Shown here piece by piece: positions 1 through 7,983 of a stretch of 32,000 nucleotides of DNA. Source of the DNA: Acaryochloris marina MBIC11017 (lineage in GTDB: Bacteria > Cyanobacteriota > Cyanobacteriia > Thermosynechococcales > Thermosynechococcaceae); assembly GCF_000018105.1 (NCBI RefSeq), contig NC_009925.1, positions 5,850,001-5,882,000 of the forward strand, in the 5' to 3' direction. Every line of letters begins with the position of its first letter. Position 1 is the stretch's first letter. A program made the translations under genes and the position numbers. The notes beneath the pieces were generated by a model, which ran no database searches, was not told where the DNA came from, and saw only the letters and a list, made by a program, of their open reading frames with translations.

Positions 1-1005
1 AGTATAAAAATAATTATTTCTTTTTGGGAAAGTTTATTTAGGTTTGATGTCTTTTTCATATCTTTCAGAGGATGGATATTAGGTCAAACTCCCTTTTGGT
101 GGATAGAAGCACATCTTCTTAAGTTAGCTGGGAAACGGATTGTTGCAATTCCTTATGGTTCAGATGCTTTTGTATACCGAAAAATTAAATCTTTGCCACT
201 GCTTCATGGTTTGATGATGTCATATCCTGAAGCATCTCGCTTGCAAGATGATGTTGAAAAAAGGTTGCATTATTGGTGTAAAAATGCTGATTGTGTTAAT
301 CCAGGAATGATGGGACCTGATGGATTTGGACGATGGGATATTTTACGACCTAGTAGTCTAACAATTGATTTGAATACTTGGTTGCCAACTACACGTATTA
401 GTGATGCTGATGGAATAAAAAGTACAGTTTATGTGGCCCATGCTCCAAATCATAGAGGCTTTAAAGGGAGTGAATTCCTAATTGATGCAATTCAAAAACT
501 TAAAGATGAAGGGTTAAAAGTTGAACTAATTTTAATAGAAAAAATTCAAAATGAAGAAGTAAGAAAAATATTTCAAGGTGAAGTTGATATATTAGTTGAA
601 CAATTGATTGCAACAGGGCATGGGATCAATGCTATTGAAGGTATGGCTTGCGCATTACCAGTTATATCGAATTTTGAAGACGATGATTATACATTAGTAT
701 TTCGCAGATGGTCATTTTTAGATGAATGTCCTATTGTTTCTGCTAGCCCTGAGACAATTATTGACCAATTACGTAAACTTATTACACGGCCAAAGCTTAG
801 GGCTAAATTAGGTGAATCTGGCCGTAGATATGTTGAGAAATATCATAGTTATGATTCAGCAAAAATACTCTTTTCTAATATTCTGAAATATGTTTATGGT
901 GAGATTGATAATTTAAATAGTTTATACCACCCTTTATTAAGTGAATCTTCGGATATAGAAAACTCAGTTTTACATCCACTCATTAAAAATAGAATTGTAA
1001 GCTGA
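1..1005 (+). CDS. glycosyltransferase, GT-B fold (GT4-like); 5' end lies outside the window
   Basis: Frame 1 is open from nt 1. I translated 1-192 as SIKIIISFWESLFRFDVFF...AGKRIVAIPYGSDAFVYRKIKS with no stop, so the track TTG at 193 is internal. The C-terminal half has a Rossmann-type GT-B pattern (HAPNHRGFKGSEFLIDAI...VDILVEQL...GINAIEGMACALPVIS). It is visibly paralogous to ORF 3334-4452. The stop overlaps the next start (TGATG at 1003-1007). Confidence 0.75.
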   Translation, partial: SIKIIISFWESLFRFDVFFISFRGWILGQTPFWWIEAHLLKLAGKRIVAIPYGSDAFVYRKIKSLPLLHGLMMSYPEASRLQDDVEKRLHYWCKNADCVNPGMMGPDGFGRWDILRPSSLTIDLNTWLPTTRISDADGIKSTVYVAHAPNHRGFKGSEFLIDAIQKLKDEGLKVELILIEKIQNEEVRKIFQGEVDILVEQLIATGHGINAIEGMACALPVISNFEDDDYTLVFRRWSFLDECPIVSASPETIIDQLRKLITRPKLRAKLGESGRRYVEKYHSYDSAKILFSNILKYVYGEIDNLNSLYHPLLSESSDIENSVLHPLIKNRIVS

Positions 1006-2438
1006 TGGTATTTCGACAGATAGCTAAAGATTCTGCGATATACGGTGGAGCTGATTTTCTGGGGAAATCTATCTCATTCTTTACTTTTCCTATAATTGCA
1101 GCTGCTTTCACACCGACTTCATTTGGCACTCTTGAATTAGTACGTACAACTACGGCATTGTTGGCTCTGGTTATGAACTTTGGTCTCAATAATTCTGTGC
1201 AACGTTTCTATTGGGACTCAGATACAACAGAGAATCAACGTCCTATAATTGTTTCCACTGGTTTAGCAACCCAAATACTATTTGGGTTACTTACTTGTTT
1301 ACTTGGATTCTCATTGATGCCTTGGACCATGAACGAGGTACAGAAAGTAAATCTTTCACTTAGCTGGATAGGTTTTATTTCTGCACTTCTTTTGATGTTC
1401 TTCTCACAATGTCTTCAGTATTGCTTAGATGTTATTCGGCTTCAATTCTCTCCTTTTAAATTTTTGTTTTTAACATTTCTAAGTCGCATACTTAGTGTTT
1501 TATTGTCTGTCTTAGTTGTAGTTAAGTTTAAAGGAGGGATTAATGGATTTTTGAGTATTCAACTACTAGTAAATATCTTAGCTATACCTCTAGCTTTCTG
1601 GATGATTAAGAAAGATTTAACTCTTAAAATTGATTTATCTTGGCTTCGAGAACTCGTAGTTTTTGGCTACCCATTTATTTTTGCTGGATTGGCCTATTGG
1701 TTATTTGGATCAATGGACCGATGGATGCTTGCAACAATATCGTCCGTTGAGCAAACAGGTTTATATTCAATAGCCTTTCGTTTTGCATCTATCGTTCTTT
1801 TTGTTTCTGCGGCTTTTGGTAAAGCATGGAGTCCAATATCAATCAAACTTCGAAAAGACTATCCTGATGAGTATAGAAATATTTATGCCCAGGTTTTACT
1901 ACTAATATTATTTTGTATGCTGACTATTGGAGGAGGACTTTCATTACTGTCTGGAGAGTTGATCACTATAATGATGCCTCAAGAATATGCAGCCAGTTCA
2001 TTGCCTTTGACAATTTTATGCTTTGGTATTATTTTGCAAGCAACTCAGCAAGTAACTGCCATAGGAATCTCCCTTGAGAAAAAAACTTATATTTTTGCTC
2101 ATTTAACTTGGGCAACAGCAGGAATCAACTTGTTCCTTAACTGGCTCCTCATCCCTAGGTATGGAGCGATTGGTGCTGCTTGGGCAACCAGCATTTCTTA
2201 TTTAGTTCTTACTAGTAGCTACTTATATTTTACGCAACGTTTGCATCCTTTACCTATACCTTGGCTCCAGCTTTTTGGACTATTAGGACAAGGGTTAATC
2301 ATTGCCATTATTTCAATTTGTTTTCCTGCCGATTCCATTCAATGGTCGGTTGTTATCTATAAGTTGTTATTTATACTTGTATTTTTGGGAATAGCTTATA
2401 TAACACTTCCTCTAAAGAGTTTAAATGATGCAAGGTAA
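1005..2438 (+). CDS. Wzx-like oligosaccharide flippase (MOP superfamily, polysaccharide biosynthesis protein)
   Basis: 477 aa and hydrophobic along its whole length, with roughly a dozen TM segments by eye. The N-terminus AKDSAIYGGADFLGKSISFFTFPII and the overall layout are typical of Polysacc_synt/Wzx proteins. It overlaps the upstream GT by 1 nt and the downstream epimerase gene by 14 nt. Confidence 0.8.
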   Translation: MVFRQIAKDSAIYGGADFLGKSISFFTFPIIAAAFTPTSFGTLELVRTTTALLALVMNFGLNNSVQRFYWDSDTTENQRPIIVSTGLATQILFGLLTCLLGFSLMPWTMNEVQKVNLSLSWIGFISALLLMFFSQCLQYCLDVIRLQFSPFKFLFLTFLSRILSVLLSVLVVVKFKGGINGFLSIQLLVNILAIPLAFWMIKKDLTLKIDLSWLRELVVFGYPFIFAGLAYWLFGSMDRWMLATISSVEQTGLYSIAFRFASIVLFVSAAFGKAWSPISIKLRKDYPDEYRNIYAQVLLLILFCMLTIGGGLSLLSGELITIMMPQEYAASSLPLTILCFGIILQATQQVTAIGISLEKKTYIFAHLTWATAGINLFLNWLLIPRYGAIGAAWATSISYLVLTSSYLYFTQRLHPLPIPWLQLFGLLGQGLIIAIISICFPADSIQWSVVIYKLLFILVFLGIAYITLPLKSLNDAR

Positions 2439-3303
2439 CACTAGAGTATTGATTACAGGGGCTAACGGATTACTTGGAAGCCATACTATTGATGCAATAC
2501 GCCACCAATGCCATGTAGAAGCAGTTGTCAGGCAGCTACCTAAACTCATATCAAGAGATGTTTCCTATCACTTAATCGATTTTAGCAAGAACTGGAAAGT
2601 AGCTGATCTACCTAAGTCTGTAGACATTATTATTCATCTGGCCCAATCCGAACATTTCAGGGAGTTTCCGGAACAAGCTATGGATGTTTTTCAGGTAAAT
2701 ATTGAATCTACAGCTCGATTGTTGGATTATGCATTTAAGAGTGGTGCTAAAAAGTTTATTTATGCTTCTTCTGGAGGAGTTTATGGAAATGGCCCAATAG
2801 CTTTTCATGAAAATTCGTCGATTGTTAGCCATCAAAAGCTAGGTCATTATCTGGGTAGCAAAGTTTGTGGAGAGGTTCTTGTACAGAGTTATGCATCAAT
2901 ATTTGATGTAATTATTCTTCGTCCATTTTTTATGTACGGTGCTAATCAACGCCGTACTATGTTGATTCCACGATTAGTCGATTGTGTTGTTGAAGGGCGG
3001 CCAATTATTCTTCAGGGAAAGGATGGGATTCGAATCAATCCCGTACATGTACGAGATGTTGTCGATGTTATAAAGTTTTGCTTAACTAGTAGTGGTAGTC
3101 TAACTTTAAATGTCGCGGGACCAAGTATTCTCAGCATTAAAGAAATTTCTGAGATAATTGCAAATATTGTAAATAAGAAACCTCACTACTATATAACTAA
3201 TGAGATCAAAAATGATCTTATTGGTGACAATGAACTAATGCTATCAATATTAGATAAAGAACTAATTCTCTTGAATGAGGGCATACTAGAATTAATTTAT
3301 TAA
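2425..3303 (+). CDS. NAD-dependent sugar epimerase/dehydratase (extended SDR)
   Basis: N-terminal Rossmann motif VLITGANGLLGSH (GxxGxxG), catalytic YxxxK (HYLGSK), SSGGVYG segment, ~290 aa. It sits in a polysaccharide gene cluster. Confidence 0.8.
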   Translation: MMQGNTRVLITGANGLLGSHTIDAIRHQCHVEAVVRQLPKLISRDVSYHLIDFSKNWKVADLPKSVDIIIHLAQSEHFREFPEQAMDVFQVNIESTARLLDYAFKSGAKKFIYASSGGVYGNGPIAFHENSSIVSHQKLGHYLGSKVCGEVLVQSYASIFDVIILRPFFMYGANQRRTMLIPRLVDCVVEGRPIILQGKDGIRINPVHVRDVVDVIKFCLTSSGSLTLNVAGPSILSIKEISEIIANIVNKKPHYYITNEIKNDLIGDNELMLSILDKELILLNEGILELIY

Positions 3304-3333
3304 ATTTATATTATTCTCAATATTGGTTATTGT

Positions 3334-4452
3334 ATGCGAGTTCTTCATGCACCCACGACAGTGGGAGGTAATCCTCAAGGATTAAGTAAGGCATTAAATA
3401 AACTTGGAATCGATAGTAAGTCGTTAGCACTAACACAAAATTATTTTAACTATAAACCTGATTATGTTTTATGGTCAAAAACAGATGGACTTATTTTAAG
3501 AGAAATTAAACGATTAATTTTATTGATAAAAGTTCTTTTTTTGTATGATATAATCCACTATAATTTTGGTACTACTATTGCATATCCGACATGGGTAATT
3601 AAGGCTCATAAGAATTACATAAAAGCTATAATTAGGTTTTTTTATAGACAATATTGCTGGAATTTACAGTTAATCGAATTGAATATTTATTCATTGCTTA
3701 ACAAAAAAATATTTATCACATATCAAGGTAATGATGCTAGGCAAGGAGATTTTTGCTTAAAAAATTTTGAATTCAATATTGCATCACAAGTTGATGATGA
3801 ATTCTATAATCCTGAATCTGATGCATTGAAACGTATTATGATTCAAAGAATGAGCAAGTATTGTAGGGAAGTTTATGCATTAAATCCAGATTTAATGCAT
3901 GTTTTGCCAAAAAAAACAAAGTTTATTCCTTATTCTCATGTATTTCTTGATGAGTGGACACCACATTATAATCAGCTAGAAAATAGAAAATTACGTATTG
4001 GCCATGCACCGAGCAATAGAAAAGTAAAAGGAACAGATATTATTCTAAATTCTCTAGCATGCTTAGAAAAAGAAGGTTATGAATTCGAATTAATTTTAGT
4101 AGAAGGAGTGAGTAATTCAGAAGCAAAAAAACTATATGCTTCAGTTGATGTATTAATCGATCAAATTTTTGCAGGTTGGTATGGCGGATTAGCCGTTGAA
4201 GCTATGGCTTTAGGAAAACCGGTGCTGGTTTACATCAGAGAGCTTGATTTGAAATTTGTTCCGACTGAGATGGTTAATGACTTTCCATTTATTCAAGTCA
4301 ATCCAAATAATATTGAGTCTAAGCTTCGAATGATTCTAGAACTTCCTAGAAAAGATCTTTTGGCCCTAGCAAAAAAAAGCCGTGCCTTTGTTGAAAAATG
4401 GCATAATCCGCTTGATATTGCGAGTAAAATTAAGGAGGATTATATTACTTAA
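3334..4452 (+). CDS. glycosyltransferase, GT-B fold (GT4-like), paralog of ORF 1-1005
   Basis: ATG start. The C-terminal half (HAPSNRKVKGTDIILNSL...ELILVEGV...VDVLIDQI...GGLAVEAMALGKPVLV...SRAFVEKWH) aligns by eye with HAPNHRGFKGSEFLIDAI...ELILIEKI...VDILVEQL...AIEGMACALPVIS...GRRYVEKYH of the first ORF. Confidence 0.75.
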   Translation: MRVLHAPTTVGGNPQGLSKALNKLGIDSKSLALTQNYFNYKPDYVLWSKTDGLILREIKRLILLIKVLFLYDIIHYNFGTTIAYPTWVIKAHKNYIKAIIRFFYRQYCWNLQLIELNIYSLLNKKIFITYQGNDARQGDFCLKNFEFNIASQVDDEFYNPESDALKRIMIQRMSKYCREVYALNPDLMHVLPKKTKFIPYSHVFLDEWTPHYNQLENRKLRIGHAPSNRKVKGTDIILNSLACLEKEGYEFELILVEGVSNSEAKKLYASVDVLIDQIFAGWYGGLAVEAMALGKPVLVYIRELDLKFVPTEMVNDFPFIQVNPNNIESKLRMILELPRKDLLALAKKSRAFVEKWHNPLDIASKIKEDYIT

Positions 4453-4796
4453 ATATAATTGAATTAGTATTTAGATGTATTTGAACTTTTAGCATTAAAA
4501 ATAAAGTATATGTAGTTAATTGTCTACGCTACTAATACTAATCAATAATAAGTATAAATAAGATAGTCAAATCTTAAGCATAATTGATAGTTCACAGAAT
4601 TTTAATAATATTAAAAATTATCTGTTTGAGATTTATTATTTAATTTTGAGTATTTAATTTTATAAATCTTTACTGAAAATTTCTAATAATATCTCTATAT
4701 CATTAATTTATGAAACTAGCTTTATGAGCTGCTATTTTCTAGTTAAAGATTTATCTATATTTATTCTTTATCCAATTGTTTTTATTTAACTTCAAC

Positions 4797-5963
4797 ATGA
4801 GAGGACTATATTTATCAAATATTGATCCAAAAAAATCAATAGGATATATGTCAAAGATTTTTGGACAAATAAATGGATTCCATCAACTTGGGTACCATGT
4901 AGACTTTATCTGCTTTAACGATGATTTTAAAGTTTCATTGATAACTTATGATATTGAATTACAAAAGAACAAAGTCTCATTGTTAATTGATCAACCTAAT
5001 AATAATATCCTACAGCGGAGATATAGCCTAATTAAAGCCTCACTAAATTACCTAAAAGAAAACAAAATTGATTTTCTATATCTTAGGTATCCTCGTTCAG
5101 AGCCACTATTTCTATATTTCCTTTATCAAGTTAAACAAAATTTACCGAACTGCATTATTTTAAGTGAATTCCCTACTTATCCATATGATGAGGAATATAA
5201 AAGGCTAATATCATTTAAGGAGAAAATTGTTCATTTTTTAGATAAAGTAACACGGAACTATCTTAAAAATTTTATTAATAAAATAGTTTCAATAAATTAT
5301 AATAAGCCTATATATGGTATAGATGTTATCTCTATTGATAATGGAATCGACATTAATAAGTATTCACCAATAATTGATTCGCCGAAAAAATTAGATATTA
5401 TTCAAATAATTTGTGTAGCTAATGCTAGTTATTGGCACGGTTTAGATCGCGTCTTGCTTGGGTTGAATGAGTATTATTCTTTAGTAGAGGCTTACTCACC
5501 TAAGGTATACTTCCATATTGTAAGCCCACCAACTTACTATATAGATGAATTAAGAAAAATTTCTAACACTAAAAACCTAAGTCATTGTGTTTTTTTTCAT
5601 GGCTCAAAGAAAGGTATGGAATTAGATTCTTTATTTTTAGAATGTCACCTTGCGATTGGTGTTTTAGGTGGACATAGAAAAGGCCTTAAAATAATGTCAC
5701 CTTTAAAAAATAGAGAATACTGTGCACGTGGAGTTCCATTTGTCTTTAGTCATACTGATCCTGATTTCTCTGAAGATTTTGAGTATTGTTTGAAGATAGA
5801 TTCTTGCGATAATCCTCTAAATATTCAAATGCTTATCGAATACGCTAATAAGCTAAGTACCGATAAAGAAATCCCTAACAAGATGCGTAATTATGCATAT
5901 AAAAACCTAGATTGGTCAGTTAAATTAAAACCAGTACAGACCTACCTTGTGAGTGCAAATTAA
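4797..5963 (+). CDS. putative glycosyltransferase (GT-B-like); family assignment uncertain
   Basis: The long ORF follows a 323-nt AT-rich gap. The track start is a TTG at 4776, and I prefer the ATG at 4797 (MRGLYLSNIDPKK). The C-terminal segment SPLKNREYCARGVPFVFSH resembles the sugar-donor-binding helix region of group-1 glycosyltransferases. The gene context also fits. I see no stronger motif. Confidence 0.5.
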   Translation: MRGLYLSNIDPKKSIGYMSKIFGQINGFHQLGYHVDFICFNDDFKVSLITYDIELQKNKVSLLIDQPNNNILQRRYSLIKASLNYLKENKIDFLYLRYPRSEPLFLYFLYQVKQNLPNCIILSEFPTYPYDEEYKRLISFKEKIVHFLDKVTRNYLKNFINKIVSINYNKPIYGIDVISIDNGIDINKYSPIIDSPKKLDIIQIICVANASYWHGLDRVLLGLNEYYSLVEAYSPKVYFHIVSPPTYYIDELRKISNTKNLSHCVFFHGSKKGMELDSLFLECHLAIGVLGGHRKGLKIMSPLKNREYCARGVPFVFSHTDPDFSEDFEYCLKIDSCDNPLNIQMLIEYANKLSTDKEIPNKMRNYAYKNLDWSVKLKPVQTYLVSAN

Positions 5964-5997
5964 TTAAGTAATCTTTAAAAATTGTAAGATTAAATTT

Positions 5998-6945
5998 ATG
6001 TATAGAAATTCATTTGTAAAACGAAATAAGTGTCCAATATGCTCTTCAAAAGAATTTAAAACAATTTACTCTGGAGAGTTCTTAAATGAGGAAGTAAGTA
6101 TATATTTAAAAAATGCTTATGGAACATCTCTAAATTCCTTTTTACAATCTGTAAATGATGCCAATTACTCTGTACTTCAATGTAGCGGCTGTGATCTTAT
6201 CTTTCAAGAATATATTCCAAACTCAGAATTTATTACTAAGCTATATTCTCAGTGTAATGAGACTGGATCATTTCCTAGTCCTGTAAAGGATTATGGACTC
6301 TCCTATTACTCTATATATTGTCAAGATATTTTTCAAATTCTTGCCTTTATTGATAAACCACCATCTTCATTGAAAGTTCTTGATTTTGGGATGGGATGGG
6401 GGCGATGGGCACTTATGACTAAAGCATTAGGTTGTGAGGTCTATGGTGTAGAACTCTCTGATCGGAAGGTTGAATTTGCAAAAAATAATGGTATTAATAT
6501 CGTTCAATTGGATAGAATGCCAATGCAAAAATTTGATTTTATTAATACCGATCAAGTTTTTGAGCATTTAGCTAACCCTGTTGATGTTTTAGCAGAACTC
6601 AAACAGTCATTAAAAGTAGGTGGGATAATCAAAATTTGTGTACCAAATTCTTTCGGTATACGGTACCGACTTCATAAAATGGATTGGACAGCCCCAAAAG
6701 GTTCTTTTAAATCTTTAAACCCAGTTGCTCCCCTTGAACATATAAACTGTTTTTATCGTAAATCTATGCTTAACTTAGCTGAAACTGTAGGGCTATCAGA
6801 AGTTAAAATTCCAATGATGATGCAATATAAATATATATCTGCATGGGACAGTCCTAAGAGAATATTGAGGAATTTACTAATGCCTATCTATCGGAATATT
6901 TTGGGTCTACAAAATTATTATCTATTCAAGAATTCAGTTTCATAG
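5998..6945 (+). CDS. class I SAM-dependent methyltransferase with N-terminal Cys4 zinc-ribbon-like motif
   Basis: SAM motif I VLDFGMGWGRWA, acidic post-I residue (VYGVELSD), FDFINTDQVFEHL, LKVGGIIKI. The N-terminus carries CPIC...(44 aa)...CSGC. Confidence 0.75.
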   Translation: MYRNSFVKRNKCPICSSKEFKTIYSGEFLNEEVSIYLKNAYGTSLNSFLQSVNDANYSVLQCSGCDLIFQEYIPNSEFITKLYSQCNETGSFPSPVKDYGLSYYSIYCQDIFQILAFIDKPPSSLKVLDFGMGWGRWALMTKALGCEVYGVELSDRKVEFAKNNGINIVQLDRMPMQKFDFINTDQVFEHLANPVDVLAELKQSLKVGGIIKICVPNSFGIRYRLHKMDWTAPKGSFKSLNPVAPLEHINCFYRKSMLNLAETVGLSEVKIPMMMQYKYISAWDSPKRILRNLLMPIYRNILGLQNYYLFKNSVS

Positions 6946-6963
6946 GGATGGAGAATCTACCTA

Positions 6964-7845
6964 ATGAACACTCTTATATTAATTGCTAAAACTTTGAAGC
7001 AATCTTTTATATTTAGCAATGCGGAGCAGCTATGGCAGGCTAATCAAAAAAATTTTTGGTTGCCTTTGAATAAATTTCAAAAGCTTTATTTAGGAAGCTA
7101 TATTATTTTACAAGACTATGTTTCTGGAACCTTTCCACCCACTTTTAGTGATCAAACTAAAGCATACGAGGCTGAAGAAAAGTTTTTCTTCTCATTGCCT
7201 GGGGTTGATTCTAAAGAAGCATTAGAAAGTGATCTACGTAAACCATTCTGGTTGGGGAATGAAAGATATATAAGATATTTTCTGGAGCTTTGTGAAGCTT
7301 TAAAGACTTGTGATATAAGACCTTCCCAAACTATTTTAGAGCTTGGAGCTGGTTCTGGGTGGATGTCGGAGTTCTTAGCTATGATGAACTTCAAGGCCAT
7401 TGCTACAACTATTGGTCAGAGTAGCGTTGAGCAAATATTTCAAAGAGTAAAAGGTCTGGAAGTCAAAGGCTTAGGAGATAACCTAAAAGGATTTCAATCT
7501 CCCATGGAATCTATTCATCTTGGACTACAACGGGAGGGAGAGCCTCCAGTAGATGCCATTTTTGTATTTGAAGCTCTACACCATGCCTATAATTGGAAAG
7601 AAACGTTCAATTCAGTCTACGAGAGTTTAAAACCGGGCGGATGGTTTCTTATTTGCCGAGAACCTAATCTATTACATACTTTTATTTCATACCGAGTTGC
7701 TAAATTATCCAATACACATGAAATTGGAATGAGCAGAAGTGAAATGGTAAAAGTATTGAGTGAAGTTGGGTTTCAGAAGATCATGATCTTAAAGAATCGC
7801 TGTCACTTTTTTATTATGCCTCACTGGATAGCTGTTCAAAAATAA
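6964..7845 (+). CDS. class I SAM-dependent methyltransferase
   Basis: Motif I ILELGAGSGWMSEFLA, FVFEALHH, LKPGGWFLI. It is adjacent to a second methyltransferase in the same orientation. Confidence 0.7.
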   Translation: MNTLILIAKTLKQSFIFSNAEQLWQANQKNFWLPLNKFQKLYLGSYIILQDYVSGTFPPTFSDQTKAYEAEEKFFFSLPGVDSKEALESDLRKPFWLGNERYIRYFLELCEALKTCDIRPSQTILELGAGSGWMSEFLAMMNFKAIATTIGQSSVEQIFQRVKGLEVKGLGDNLKGFQSPMESIHLGLQREGEPPVDAIFVFEALHHAYNWKETFNSVYESLKPGGWFLICREPNLLHTFISYRVAKLSNTHEIGMSRSEMVKVLSEVGFQKIMILKNRCHFFIMPHWIAVQK

Positions 7846-7875
7846 TTTTTTCCTAGATTTAAGTATAGACTTTAA

Positions 7876-7922
7876 AGTTTTTAGTAGTTACATCAATCTA
7901 CTAATAAAAAACTACTAAAACT
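7876..7922. terminator. AT-rich imperfect hairpin between convergent genes (possible bidirectional terminator)
   Basis: AGTTTTTAGTAGTT (7876-7889) pairs with AACTACTAAAACT (7910-7922), leaving one bulged T. The perfect 10-bp core is TTTAGTAGTT/AACTACTAAA. It lies between the stop of 6964-7845 (+) and the stop of 7984-8919 (-). Confidence 0.35.
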
Positions 7923-7983
7923 TGTATGATATTTTGATGTAAATTCAGTTCTTTTTGGTAAATATTTATGGCCCAGAATAAAT

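Noticed and set aside
3025-3042. GGGATTCGAATCAATCCC hairpin resembling a tRNA T-arm
   Set aside because: It lies inside the epimerase coding frame. No acceptor, D or anticodon arms surround it. It is only a 6-bp stem with a 6-nt loop.
983-7400. Small minus-strand ORFs 983-1189, 2608-2835 and 7152-7400
   Set aside because: Each is antisense to a longer ORF that carries family motifs (flippase, SDR epimerase, methyltransferase).
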